Assembly (NCBI GenBank): GCA_963977275.1
Contig: CAXBNX010000010.1
Coordinates: 58,962-122,961 of the forward strand
DNA length: 64,000 bases
Direction of reading: 5' to 3'
Origin: an uncultured Haliea sp.
Lineage (GTDB): Bacteria > Pseudomonadota > Gammaproteobacteria > Pseudomonadales > Halieaceae
Shown here in pieces: positions 17,216 to 26,226 of the stretch; the stretch's first letter is position 1; the number at the start of each line of letters is the position of its first letter. The translations under genes were made by a program, and so were the position numbers. The notes beneath the pieces are model-generated. The model saw only the letters and a list, made by a program, of their open reading frames with translations. It did not search any database and had not been told where the DNA came from.

Positions 17216-18283
17216 CTAGATATTTTTGAACAAGGGACTTTTTGTCTTTTCTGATGCGCCATCCGCCGCCGTTAGAAATCTCTCCATAAACATATCTTTT
17301 TCAAAGACTCGGCCGCGCATAAGTGCGGTAATACAGGCATCGATCATCGGCGGAGGTCCACACATATAGGCCCTGTAACCTTCAAATTTACCTGAGAAAT
17401 GCTCGATCGCAACATCGTGCACAAAACCGGTAGCACCATCCCAGTCTTTCTCTATATCGGGCCCGGACAAGCCGGGAACGTAAGTAAAGTTCTCGTGCTG
17501 ACGCTCTAGCTGCAAAAACATGTCTCTGTAGTAGAGCTCTTTGAGGTTTCTCGCGCCCTGGAATAAGACAATTTCCCGGTTATCGCCACGCTCCAGTAAA
17601 TCCAGAATCATGGATTTCGGGCTCGATAGGCCCGAGCCGCCGGCAAAAAACAGTAGCGGGCGGGTGTCGGATATCCGGATGAAAAAATGACCATAGGGCG
17701 CGGAAAACGTAAGTTCATCTCCCACCTTAAGGTTTTCGTGTATCCAGGTAGTGCCTTCGCCACCTTCAATGAGGGCGATGTCAAATTCAATGACATTTCT
17801 CTCATTAGGTGACTGTGCCATGGAGAATGGCCTGGGAGTATCGAGTCCGGGGAGATGCAGGTTGGCATATTGCCCCGATTGAAACTCCAGACCATCGCCG
17901 TCGATTTCGAGAAAAACCCCCAGAATTCTAGGTGTCAATTTCTCCAGTTTGACGACCGTGCCAATATAATCCTGCACCGGGAGATTCTGCGCGTCGGGTT
18001 CTTCCTCGACATCTGCTTCAATAACCAGGTCGCTCATTGGTTTACTGCAGCAGGTCAGGCATTTTCCCTCGTCACGCTCAAAATCCAGCAGAGCAAATGG
18101 CGATGCATCGTCGCCAATTTCAACGTCTCCTTCGAGAACGTCTACTTTGCACGTACCGCAAAGTCCGTGGCCACAGGCATGCGGTAAATACACTCCCTGG
18201 CGCAGCGCCGCATCCAGTATGGTCTGGTCTTCTTCCACTTCTATGGTGACGCCCAACGGTTCTATGGTGACTTCAAAACTCAT
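17216..18283 (-). CDS. dmpP: Phenol hydroxylase reductase component ([2Fe-2S] ferredoxin + FNR-like domain)
   Basis: Has the N-terminal CGHGLCGTC...C cluster, FAD/NAD-binding motifs (RPFSMA, GGSGLSS) and the operon position expected of dmpP. Confidence 0.9.
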   Translation of the reverse strand: MSFEVTIEPLGVTIEVEEDQTILDAALRQGVYLPHACGHGLCGTCKVDVLEGDVEIGDDASPFALLDFERDEGKCLTCCSKPMSDLVIEADVEEEPDAQNLPVQDYIGTVVKLEKLTPRILGVFLEIDGDGLEFQSGQYANLHLPGLDTPRPFSMAQSPNERNVIEFDIALIEGGEGTTWIHENLKVGDELTFSAPYGHFFIRISDTRPLLFFAGGSGLSSPKSMILDLLERGDNREIVLFQGARNLKELYYRDMFLQLERQHENFTYVPGLSGPDIEKDWDGATGFVHDVAIEHFSGKFEGYRAYMCGPPPMIDACITALMRGRVFEKDMFMERFLTAADGASEKTKSPLFKNI

Positions 18284-18285
18284 GG

Positions 18286-18645
18286 CTATATTCTCGTGCC
18301 ATTAATGCCCGTCAGTCCGGGGGTCTTGAATCGTATTAGCGATTTATGCGCCACACCGTTTTCTGCCAAAGACTTTGCCATATCAGGCTCAAACGCTTCT
18401 CCGTCGAGGTTCCACAGCACCTGCGACCAGTTCACTTTCTCAAAGTCGTCGTGCCAATTAAATACTGACGACATTACGTCAGATACCAATGCCTGAAATG
18501 GCATTTGAGGGGGCAGCGGGAAGGCCTGGGCGGCACAGAATAATAAGTGATCGTCCCAGCTCACGTAAACCACCTGATTACCGTGAAAATTTTCGACCTT
18601 GTCCCGAACAATATCGACGTATCCATCTTTTGCAATAATAGCCAC
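18286..18645 (-). CDS. dmpO: Phenol hydroxylase gamma subunit (P4)
   Basis: A 119-aa ORF between the alpha subunit and the reductase, with a GTG start and GGAG RBS. Called from synteny and size. Confidence 0.8.
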   Translation of the reverse strand: MAIIAKDGYVDIVRDKVENFHGNQVVYVSWDDHLLFCAAQAFPLPPQMPFQALVSDVMSSVFNWHDDFEKVNWSQVLWNLDGEAFEPDMAKSLAENGVAHKSLIRFKTPGLTGINGTRI

Positions 18646-18680
18646 TGTTCACTCCTACCTATTAAATATATGGCAAACTC

Positions 18681-20207
18681 TCAGTCATTAGAGCCGGTTT
18701 TGGCCGGTTCATCCTTGCCGTGCCATTCCTGCCAGCGCCGGTAATCCTGAGAGTCAAAATAGTCACTGCCGTCTTCGGGCGCGAATTTGTACCACTCGCG
18801 GACTTCCGGAATAGTGGCGCCACCACAATTACCCTGAAAAATCTGATGAACTGGCAGCCAGGCCTGTGTGTATTTTTCCGGTTCGTGTTCAAAAATATCT
18901 TTACAGCCGTCAGAACAGAAATTGTATTTGTCGCCTTTGAACTCGGTACTGCGGAAGCTCAGTTGCATAGGATCAGTCTGGACCTCTGTAAACACCATGG
19001 GGATTTGGCACACCTGGCAAAGCTGTGGCAGGCTTTCCATATACTTGAAGGTGCCTTCTTTTTTCTGTTTCTTCCAATGTTCGAACCGCGGCCGGTAGTA
19101 TTTATCGAAGGTGTCCGGATATTTTTCCGATAGCCAGTCCATTTTTTCGTCGGAAGGCTCGAATGTGTGGAACCCGGTCGCGCTACCTAGCGCGCAAAAT
19201 ACTGACCATACCTGGTGGCTCAGGTGATCAGCCTCGGCGGTGGCCAACTCGTGATGCTTGGGCATTTTCAGGCCATAGCGGCCAAGGTCTTCAAACAGCG
19301 CACCACCATTTTCGACAAAATATATTTCCCAGGCTTCTTTCCAGGACATTGGGCTGTTGGTCAACATATAGTCCTGCATAGCAGAGACCAGTGCCAACAA
19401 GCGGTAGGCACGCCAGAAGTGCTTGTCTATCCAGCGTTGGATGATTGGCAGGTTATCCTCGTGTTGCTCCAGCATGAACTTGATAATTTCCAGCCCCAGC
19501 GTCATATGCCGTGATTCATCGGACTGGGCGGAGAAACCGAAGGTCGTGGTGGCCATATCCCCGTTGTAGGCAGCACCGGACATAAAGGGTACAAACAACA
19601 TATTGGTCAACACATATTCGAAGGCAAACGAAATGGAAGTAATGAACTCGAAGGGGCCCGAAGATTGCGCATCTTCTATGAATGACTTGGGCACCGACAA
19701 GTACCAGACCCGGTCAAACTGGTAGAAGGGGTCGTGAAGTCCCGTAAAGTGCTTGTTGTAGTGACTGATGGTGTGGATTTGGGTTTGGGCATGGCGTAGT
19801 TCATCAATGGCCTGCATCTGGCAGGCGACCCGGGCGCCTTCTCCCCTGAAATGCCGGCCCAGAAACGCAAAGCCCTGGTGAGCGCCATACTCGAGAGGGG
19901 TAACGCCGGTAATAAACAGTTTTATCGCACTGAGGTAGCTGGCGTCCACCAGGTTGGTCTGGCCATTATTCTGGGCGAAGCTATCGATAATTGCGTAGAG
20001 TTTCTTCTCCTTTTCTGCCTGGAATTTCCAGTAGGCGTCCATGGTCAGACGGAAAGGGTCTTCCCACTTGTCCCAGTCAGTAATCTTGATGCCTTCAAAT
20101 GAGTCATAGGGGAATACATCATCCATTTTCTGGTAAGTTGTATCCCAGCCCATACCGCGGGTGAGCAGTTCATATCGCTTACGTAAATTTAACTTTTTAG
20201 CCGCCAT
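18681..20207 (-). CDS. dmpN: Phenol hydroxylase alpha (diiron oxygenase) subunit (P3)
   Basis: Has the diiron ligand motifs DELRHAQ and DESRHM. A C-terminal Cys-rich segment is present (CQVCQ...CSDGC). Confidence 0.95.
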   Translation of the reverse strand: MAAKKLNLRKRYELLTRGMGWDTTYQKMDDVFPYDSFEGIKITDWDKWEDPFRLTMDAYWKFQAEKEKKLYAIIDSFAQNNGQTNLVDASYLSAIKLFITGVTPLEYGAHQGFAFLGRHFRGEGARVACQMQAIDELRHAQTQIHTISHYNKHFTGLHDPFYQFDRVWYLSVPKSFIEDAQSSGPFEFITSISFAFEYVLTNMLFVPFMSGAAYNGDMATTTFGFSAQSDESRHMTLGLEIIKFMLEQHEDNLPIIQRWIDKHFWRAYRLLALVSAMQDYMLTNSPMSWKEAWEIYFVENGGALFEDLGRYGLKMPKHHELATAEADHLSHQVWSVFCALGSATGFHTFEPSDEKMDWLSEKYPDTFDKYYRPRFEHWKKQKKEGTFKYMESLPQLCQVCQIPMVFTEVQTDPMQLSFRSTEFKGDKYNFCSDGCKDIFEHEPEKYTQAWLPVHQIFQGNCGGATIPEVREWYKFAPEDGSDYFDSQDYRRWQEWHGKDEPAKTGSND

Positions 20208-20239
20208 TACAATATCCTCTTCAATGCAATTATTATGTG

Positions 20240-20518
20240 TTAGCCCCAGCTCAGCTCAAATTTGTCATCGTCTTCATCAACATTGCCCGCCAGTGAAATA
20301 AGAACCAGGTGCATTTCCTGCACATCCCACTCGCGCCCTATGAGTTCTTCAACGGTCTCACGTTTCACAATGAGGCTGCCGGCTCGCTCCAGACGCACCA
20401 TGCCAGGTTGATACTGAATATTGACGCCCGGATTATCTTGCTCCACAGCCTCAATAATGGGGCGTGCGTCTTCGTTGTCCTGAAAAATTAAGAATGCTGT
20501 ATTTTTTTTACCCGACAT
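20240..20518 (-). CDS. dmpM: Phenol hydroxylase regulatory/coupling protein (MmoB/DmpM family, P2)
   Basis: A 92-aa protein reading ...IFQDNEDARPIIEAVEQDNPG...VDEDDDKFELSW, very like DmpM. Confidence 0.9.
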   Translation of the reverse strand: MSGKKNTAFLIFQDNEDARPIIEAVEQDNPGVNIQYQPGMVRLERAGSLIVKRETVEELIGREWDVQEMHLVLISLAGNVDEDDDKFELSWG

Positions 20519-20531
20519 AGTTTCCGCCCCG

Positions 20532-21530
20532 CTAAACTGTTAAGCCCTGCTTACCAAACCTGGCAAGCAATTCCTGTTTCACTTCCGCTAATTCTGCTGC
20601 GCCCTCTGTGCCGAAGGCTTTTTCTGCCACAGGTTCCAGGGCCTCTGACAATCGGTTAGTCCACTTGTCCAGCCAACTAGATAGCAACTGTTGATTCGCT
20701 TCCGATTCCTGCGCAGTAACTTTGGCCAGGGCATTGGTCCAACGCACGGTCTCGCTGTACCACTCGGACATGAATTCTGTCAGCATTGCGATCGTGCCCC
20801 CGCCATTTTGCGACAGCTTTCTCTCGAACCTGTCCCACAGCAAAGGGAAAATCAGACCGTCAAGTACGAAGTTTTGTGCCACCATCAATTCGAACCAGTC
20901 TTCCAACACGAACATGTCTTCTATGGCGTGCCGTAGTCCTTGCCATTCGGGTGCATCCATCCAGTCTTTTTTCGCAGCGTCCAGGGCGGTGACTTCGTTG
21001 CCATCGATAAGCAGGCCGATGCGCGAAATGTACTGGGCCATACCCAGGTGATCCATGGCGTTGAACATGGCTACCGAGCAAATTGTGGTGCCATAGCCCA
21101 TGCAGTCTATCTGGCAGTTATTCATGTTTGCAGCCCACTCGACGTGGCGCAACGGAACCAGTATGTCGCGTACTGCCTGTTTGATATCATCAGGCAATTC
21201 GTCCAGCAGGTCGCGCTTGTCAACAAAAGCGTAATTATGCTCGGCTACTTCCTGTTGTTTGGCGCGCGCGATGGTATAGGTACCGTAGTAATACTGGCGA
21301 GGGTCGGCGAAGCTGTACCAGTCCTCCATGACGATAGCGGTTCGGCCTGTATCGTAAATTTCATGGTTTTTATCCCACAGCGGCCGGTACTGGAAATTTG
21401 CAGTGGGCTGCACATCGTAAACCGCCTCCTGGTAACGCGAGGCGGGCCTTTTGTTGCCAAAGCGCTCCTCCAGGTTGCCATAGGACAGGCGTATGGGAGT
21501 GATTGCCTTCGCTGAAATTTCAATACTCAT
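20532..21530 (-). CDS. dmpL: Phenol hydroxylase beta subunit (P1)
   Basis: A 332-aa ORF with an AGGAG RBS, in the expected position between dmpK and dmpM. Confidence 0.85.
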   Translation of the reverse strand: MSIEISAKAITPIRLSYGNLEERFGNKRPASRYQEAVYDVQPTANFQYRPLWDKNHEIYDTGRTAIVMEDWYSFADPRQYYYGTYTIARAKQQEVAEHNYAFVDKRDLLDELPDDIKQAVRDILVPLRHVEWAANMNNCQIDCMGYGTTICSVAMFNAMDHLGMAQYISRIGLLIDGNEVTALDAAKKDWMDAPEWQGLRHAIEDMFVLEDWFELMVAQNFVLDGLIFPLLWDRFERKLSQNGGGTIAMLTEFMSEWYSETVRWTNALAKVTAQESEANQQLLSSWLDKWTNRLSEALEPVAEKAFGTEGAAELAEVKQELLARFGKQGLTV

Positions 21531-21551
21531 ATTTGCTCCTGTAAGATGATG

Positions 21552-21824
21552 CTAGTTGGCCTTGTCGTCACTGAAACCCGGCACACCAAATCGCCATTTC
21601 AATTTGTCGTAATCAACGGCAGCTTCCTGTTCGGCTGTTATATGCTGCGCGTCGTTGTCCTCGCAGAATTTCCTGAAGTGTTCGAAAGGTAAAACCAGTT
21701 CAACGTTGATGGTTGGGTCGCCAATCGCAAACTCAAATTCCACGTATTTGTCATGTAACACTTTGGTCACACGCACATATCGCTGACCTTCTATTCCGGC
21801 ATGAAGTTTTATATTTTTAGACAT
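21552..21824 (-). CDS. dmpK: Phenol hydroxylase assembly protein (P0)
   Basis: ...RYVRVTKVLHDKYVEFEFAIGDPTINVELVLPFEHFRKFC... matches DmpK. The start is uncertain: ATG 21824 has no RBS, and in-frame GTG 21776 follows a GAAGG. Confidence 0.75.
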   Translation of the reverse strand: MSKNIKLHAGIEGQRYVRVTKVLHDKYVEFEFAIGDPTINVELVLPFEHFRKFCEDNDAQHITAEQEAAVDYDKLKWRFGVPGFSDDKAN

Positions 21825-21839
21825 ATCACTGTATAGATA

Positions 21840-21854
21840 GCAATATCTGTGCCA
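21840..21854 (-). promoter_or_regulatory. Sigma-54 (-24/-12) promoter of the phenol hydroxylase operon
   Basis: The minus strand reads TGGCAC-AGATA-TTGC, an exact match to the TGGCAC-N5-TTGC consensus. It lies 15 nt upstream of ATG 21824, downstream of a sigma-54 activator gene. Confidence 0.75.
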
Positions 21855-22201
21855 GAGCCTGTTTGCTGTTATGTGGTGACCTGAACCCAGGGGAGTTTTT
21901 GCGCTGGTAAAAGGGCACAACGGTCATGGGGTAGGGCAAAAAAAAGCATTATTATTTCTATAAAAAACAATTGGATAGGGTGTTTTTCCTATAGGCGTAC
22001 AGCGACTACTCTGTAAAGACCGGCTGGGGTTGGGAAGCGATGAAGGTATTAATGTGTTGCGAAATGATTAGCGTTTTCTCAAGGTGTGGCTATGTCTAAA
22101 AGAGTAAGGTTTGTTTTTTTTTAATCAAATGATAAAGCCCCGGTCTTCGCCCTCCCGGTCAGTTCGAGCGCAGGGCTCTCCAATCGCCAGATGTCTGGTC
22201 T

Positions 22202-23029
22202 CTACTGCGCTTCAGCAAGAAAATCTTTTACCAGACGAATAAAGCGGGCGTTGTGCTCAATCTGCGTCCAGTGCCCGCAGCATCCAAACATGTGGAGTTG
22301 GGCGTTCGGAATGAGGTCAAACAGGGTTGTTGATGTAATGGGCGGCACCACGATATCTTCACGCCCGTGAAGAATCAGTGTTTCATGAGGGATGTTCTTT
22401 ATATCTTGCAGGTCACTGGCCAGGGCGTCGACACTGCGCTGTCGCGGCGCGGGAAACATTTGGCTGAAGGTTTCCTGAAAGCCCGGCTGAATGCTGGCTT
22501 CATAGCGTAGTTGTGCCAGTTCGTCAGTTACCAGGCTGCGGTCATAGGCAAACAGATCCATCATGTTTCTCATATTCGCAACCGAGGGCTCATAGCCCCA
22601 GACCTCATCCAGCCCCCGGGTCAGCTCAAAGGGAACCCCTGCTGCGCCCATAAGAATCAGCCGCTCTACTCGCTGGGGGTATCGAATTGCCAGTGCAATG
22701 GCGAGGGCCCCGCCAAATGAATTGCCTACCAGGTGGGTTTTTTTGATATCCAGCGCATCCATCAGGTCAATGGCATGCTGGACCCAGTTCTCCATCGTGT
22801 ATTCATAGCCGTTGACGCGCTCGGTATAGCCAAAGCCGGCCATATCCGGAGCGATCACCCGGTGCTGTTCCGCCAGTGCTGGAATGACCAACCGCCAGTT
22901 TGCCCAGGCGGTGACGCCGGGGCCGGAACCGTGAATGAGGAACACCGGGTCGCCACTGCCCACATCGTGATAATTTGTGGTAAAGGCTCCTGTCTGGATG
23001 CGGTTGGCTAGTTCAGGGTTATTGCTCAT
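22202..23029 (-). CDS. dmpD: Alpha/beta hydrolase, 2-hydroxymuconate-semialdehyde (meta-cleavage product) hydrolase-like
   Basis: Has the HG oxyanion motif FLIHGSGPG, the nucleophile elbow GNSFGGA and the C-terminal His motif CGHWTQIE. ATG 23029 (AGGAA RBS) is preferred over GTG 23032. Confidence 0.75.
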   Translation of the reverse strand: MSNNPELANRIQTGAFTTNYHDVGSGDPVFLIHGSGPGVTAWANWRLVIPALAEQHRVIAPDMAGFGYTERVNGYEYTMENWVQHAIDLMDALDIKKTHLVGNSFGGALAIALAIRYPQRVERLILMGAAGVPFELTRGLDEVWGYEPSVANMRNMMDLFAYDRSLVTDELAQLRYEASIQPGFQETFSQMFPAPRQRSVDALASDLQDIKNIPHETLILHGREDIVVPPITSTTLFDLIPNAQLHMFGCCGHWTQIEHNARFIRLVKDFLAEAQ

Positions 23030-23041
23030 CACGGCGATTTC

Positions 23042-24748
23042 CTAATTGGCACTTGGGGCTTGCAGCTTGGCGAGACGGTAGGCGAAGGCAGGCCGGGAAA
23101 GGCCTAAAAGCCGGGCTGCCTTTGACACGTTATCCCCGGCAAGTGTCATGGCTTTTTGTACCAACACCGACTCCACATCGTCCATAGAGATAGATTGACT
23201 GAATATGGTGTCGGCCCAGGAGTCGGGCTCCCTATTCTTTATCGGGTCGGTACTGGCTTGCGCCAATCCGGCAATATCGGTGTCGACCTGGATGGCATTT
23301 TCCTCACCCGCGCCCGGCAGTACGGAATCAAGCGTTATGCGCTGATTCTCCTCTGTCAATATCACGCCACGTTCAACGGCGTTTTCGAGTTCGCGTATAT
23401 TGCCGGGCCACTGGTGATGTAAGAGCTGATTTATGGCTCTATCAGAGAGGCCCAGCGTCTTTTTCGTATAGAGAGACTCATACTTTTTAACAAAAAAACT
23501 GACCAATAGGGGGATGTCGTCGAGTCGCTCGCGCAGGGGGGGAATATGCAGTGGAAAGACGTTGAGGCGGTAGTAGAGGTCTGCTCTAAACTTCCGCGAT
23601 TTTACCGCATCTTCCAGGTTCTCATTAGTGGCGGCGATTATGCGCACATCTACACGGCGAGTTTTTGTGCCGCCGACAGGTTCGAATTCATGTTCCTGCA
23701 ATACCCGAAGCAGGCTTGCCTGGGCGCGCGCGGACAGCTCGACCACTTCATCAAGAAAAATGGTGCCCTTATCGGCGCGCTCGAAACGGCCCTGCCGGGA
23801 ATGGGTTGCCCCCGTGTAAGCGCCTTTCTCGACACCGAATAGCTCTGCTTCCAGTAGTTCCTGTGGGATGGCGGCACAATTAATCGCGACAAATGCCTGG
23901 TCGGATCGCTCACTGTGCAGGTGAATTCCCTTCGCGATCATCTCCTTGCCTACCCCAGTTTCACCCGTTAGTAAGACAGAGGCTTTAGAGGAGGCCACCT
24001 TGTTAGCCAGGCTGCAGGTCGTTTTGAAGACTCTCGATTCGCCCACAAGCGTGGAAAATATGCCTTCATCATCTTCGCCGGATACGCCCAGTGCAACCTG
24101 TGCTTGTACGCTATAAAGGGTATCCAGCAAGGAATCCGAACGGGAAAAAATTTGATAGTCTTCAGCGTTGTCCCACTCCGCCAGAGACTTGCCTATGATG
24201 CGACATTCATTGTCGCCCTGGCCGCGGCACGAAACTTCCTTAAATAAAATATCGAAGCCCATGATGTTGGAGCCAAAGCCGCAGGCGTAACCGAGCAGAT
24301 TCCAGCACACCGGCCAGTCAAGCACACCCTTTTCCGCCAGGGAAATATCGACCTCGTAGGAGTCAATCCAGATATGCTCCATCAGGAAATGCCCCCGCGC
24401 GGGATCCAGTTCGAGCACCAGGGGTTCTACCTGGACCATGCCGCGCAGCATGTGCAATTGCGGTCCGGCAAGGAATAAGTCCTTGATGCTTGCACCGGGT
24501 CTGGACTTGCGAGCAAGCTCGGCATCCACTTTGCCATTCCTGTACCCGGCGCGCATGTACAGGCCCCGGGCTCTTTCGGTCCCTATCGATTGAATAATCT
24601 CGTGCCGTGAACTGGACAGGGCCGGGATTGTTTGCAGGACACAGCGCTGTTCATCAAGCCAGATTTTGCCCTGTTCCGGGCTGAAGTGTACATGCCGGGC
24701 TAAATCTGAGGCGTTTGGAAACTCTATGGCGGTCTGTTTCTTTTGCAT
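23042..24748 (-). CDS. dmpR: Sigma-54-dependent transcriptional activator, XylR/DmpR (NtrC) family
   Basis: Has an XylR_N/V4R-like sensor N-terminus, Walker A GETGVGKE, the GAYTGA loop and a C-terminal Fis-type HTH. ATG 24748 is preferred over TTG 24772. Confidence 0.9.
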   Translation of the reverse strand: MQKKQTAIEFPNASDLARHVHFSPEQGKIWLDEQRCVLQTIPALSSSRHEIIQSIGTERARGLYMRAGYRNGKVDAELARKSRPGASIKDLFLAGPQLHMLRGMVQVEPLVLELDPARGHFLMEHIWIDSYEVDISLAEKGVLDWPVCWNLLGYACGFGSNIMGFDILFKEVSCRGQGDNECRIIGKSLAEWDNAEDYQIFSRSDSLLDTLYSVQAQVALGVSGEDDEGIFSTLVGESRVFKTTCSLANKVASSKASVLLTGETGVGKEMIAKGIHLHSERSDQAFVAINCAAIPQELLEAELFGVEKGAYTGATHSRQGRFERADKGTIFLDEVVELSARAQASLLRVLQEHEFEPVGGTKTRRVDVRIIAATNENLEDAVKSRKFRADLYYRLNVFPLHIPPLRERLDDIPLLVSFFVKKYESLYTKKTLGLSDRAINQLLHHQWPGNIRELENAVERGVILTEENQRITLDSVLPGAGEENAIQVDTDIAGLAQASTDPIKNREPDSWADTIFSQSISMDDVESVLVQKAMTLAGDNVSKAARLLGLSRPAFAYRLAKLQAPSAN

Positions 24749-24794
24749 ACGGTCTTTAAGTATCACGTGCAAATTATTATGATTTTTACTATAT

Positions 24795-24812
24795 CAGCAA
24801 ATATTTTTGCTG
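24795..24812. promoter_or_regulatory. Inverted repeat CAGCAAA-TATT-TTTGCTG in the divergent regulator/reductase intergenic region
   Basis: Perfect 7-bp arms, about 50 nt upstream of the regulator start. The function is unknown. Confidence 0.3.
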
Positions 24813-25098
24813 GCCAACGATAAAATACCTGCATATTCAGCTTCGGTTTTATCTAATCATAAATCTCAGGGCGCACAGCATAATCTCGCCTTCCAATGCA
24901 TTGGGTAATTTCGCTAATAAAATGTTGGCGTGAAATTTGCTGCTTAATGTGTGTCTCTAGCGGGAGTTACCCATTTGAAAACTTCGCGGGCGAATTGGTC
25001 AGTTTTCGTGGACCGTATTGAAGGGTGGTTTGAGTTATGTGGCGATAACACCGAAGAAGGCACAGTTGGCACATGGCAAAATCCACGGGAGCGGTGAA

Positions 25099-26163
25099 AT
25101 GACCTACCAGGTAAAGGTGGAGCCATCGGGCGATACTTTTGACGTGGAAGCGGGGCAGACCATTTTGGACGCAGCCCTGAAGTCCGGTGTGTACCTGCCC
25201 CACGCCTGCTCGCAGGGCGTATGTTCCACTTGCAAAATTGTGGTGGTAGAGGGTGAGGTGGATATTGGACAGGCCTCCGAGTTCGCCTTGCTGGATAGCG
25301 AGCGAGGCGAGGGCAGGGTTCTGGCCTGTTGTGCGATGCCCCTTGCCGACCTGATAATCGAAGCGGATATTGAAAACGAACCCGATGCTGAGCGGCATAG
25401 AGTCGGCGACTTTGAGGCCGTGGTGACCAGTATCCAGGACCTCGCTCCCCAAATTAAATCCATTTTCCTCGCGGTGGGGGGCGATGGCCTGGATTTCCAG
25501 GCGGGGCAATACATTAATCTATCTGTCCCTGGACTGGGCGGCGCCCCCAGAGCATTCTCAATCGCGAGTCCCCCGTCTTCGAATAACGTTATTGAATTAA
25601 ACGTGTCCCTGGTGGAGGAGGGCGAAGCTACCCATTATTTACACAATACGTTACAGGTGGGCGATGTTTTAAGCGTTAGCGGCCCCTATGGACAGTTCTA
25701 TATTAGAAAATCGCTGCCTGAGCCAATGATTTTTCTCGCCGGCGGTTCTGGCTTGTCCGGTGTCAAATCCATGGTAATGGAACTTGTTGAAAGCAATGAC
25801 CCGCGCCCCATAACACTCATCTACGGGGCGCAAAGTGAGCAAGACATTTACTATCGGGACTTATTTGAACAATACGCTCGGGAGCGCACCAACGTTACCC
25901 TGCTGTTGGCGGTCAATGGCGATAACTCGCCACCCTCTGGAGACAACCGGTGGGGTAGTCTCCAGGAACTGGCCTATCGCCACTTCGAGGGGAAATTCGA
26001 AGGGTACAACACCTATGTTTGTGGCCCACCTTCAATGGTGGATAGCTGTGTAACGACATTGATGCGAGGGCGGTGTTTTGAAAAGCACCTTTTTGTCGAA
26101 AGATTTTATAACAACAGCAACAAATCAGGCAGACCAAAACACGCGGTGTTCAAACACATTTAA
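25099..26163 (+). CDS. Second DmpP-type ferredoxin-NAD(P) reductase (orphan paralogue)
   Basis: Has the CSQGVCSTC...C [2Fe-2S] motif, RAFSIA, GGSGLSG and a DmpP-like C-terminus (VFKHI versus LFKNI). GGAG RBS is present. Start moved to ATG 25099. Confidence 0.85.
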   Translation: MTYQVKVEPSGDTFDVEAGQTILDAALKSGVYLPHACSQGVCSTCKIVVVEGEVDIGQASEFALLDSERGEGRVLACCAMPLADLIIEADIENEPDAERHRVGDFEAVVTSIQDLAPQIKSIFLAVGGDGLDFQAGQYINLSVPGLGGAPRAFSIASPPSSNNVIELNVSLVEEGEATHYLHNTLQVGDVLSVSGPYGQFYIRKSLPEPMIFLAGGSGLSGVKSMVMELVESNDPRPITLIYGAQSEQDIYYRDLFEQYARERTNVTLLLAVNGDNSPPSGDNRWGSLQELAYRHFEGKFEGYNTYVCGPPSMVDSCVTTLMRGRCFEKHLFVERFYNNSNKSGRPKHAVFKHI

Positions 26164-26203
26164 GACGCTTTTACCGGACTCGACAGTACCCCGGGCGGAT
26201 GGA

Positions 26204-26222
26204 GGGTGACCCCCGGTCACCC
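26204..26222. terminator. GC-rich hairpin between convergent genes
   Basis: GGGTGACC-CCC-GGTCACCC gives a perfect 8-bp stem. There is no T-run, so terminator function is tentative. Confidence 0.35.
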
Positions 26223-26226
26223 CAGC

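Noticed and set aside
22055-22140. Possible DmpR/XylR upstream activating sequences and an IHF site (AAATGAT repeats, AATCAAATGATAA) in the region upstream of the sigma-54 promoter.
   Set aside because: I could not find a convincing inverted-repeat pair or a match to WATCAANNNNTTR. The distance of about 220-290 nt from the promoter is also larger than typical. This is left as an open question under the regulator/hydrolase finding.
23700-23760. GAYTGA instead of GAFTGA in the sigma-54 interaction loop of the activator.
   Set aside because: The Phe-to-Tyr variant occurs naturally in functional enhancer-binding proteins, so it is not evidence of inactivation.
25055-25080. Sigma-54-like TGGCAC sequences (aGGCACagttgGCACatggcaaaa) just upstream of the orphan reductase gene.
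   Set aside because: Neither TGGCAC/GGCAC copy has a GC dinucleotide at the required GG-N10-GC spacing. The first is 2 nt short and the second has AA at -12. It also overlaps the RBS region.
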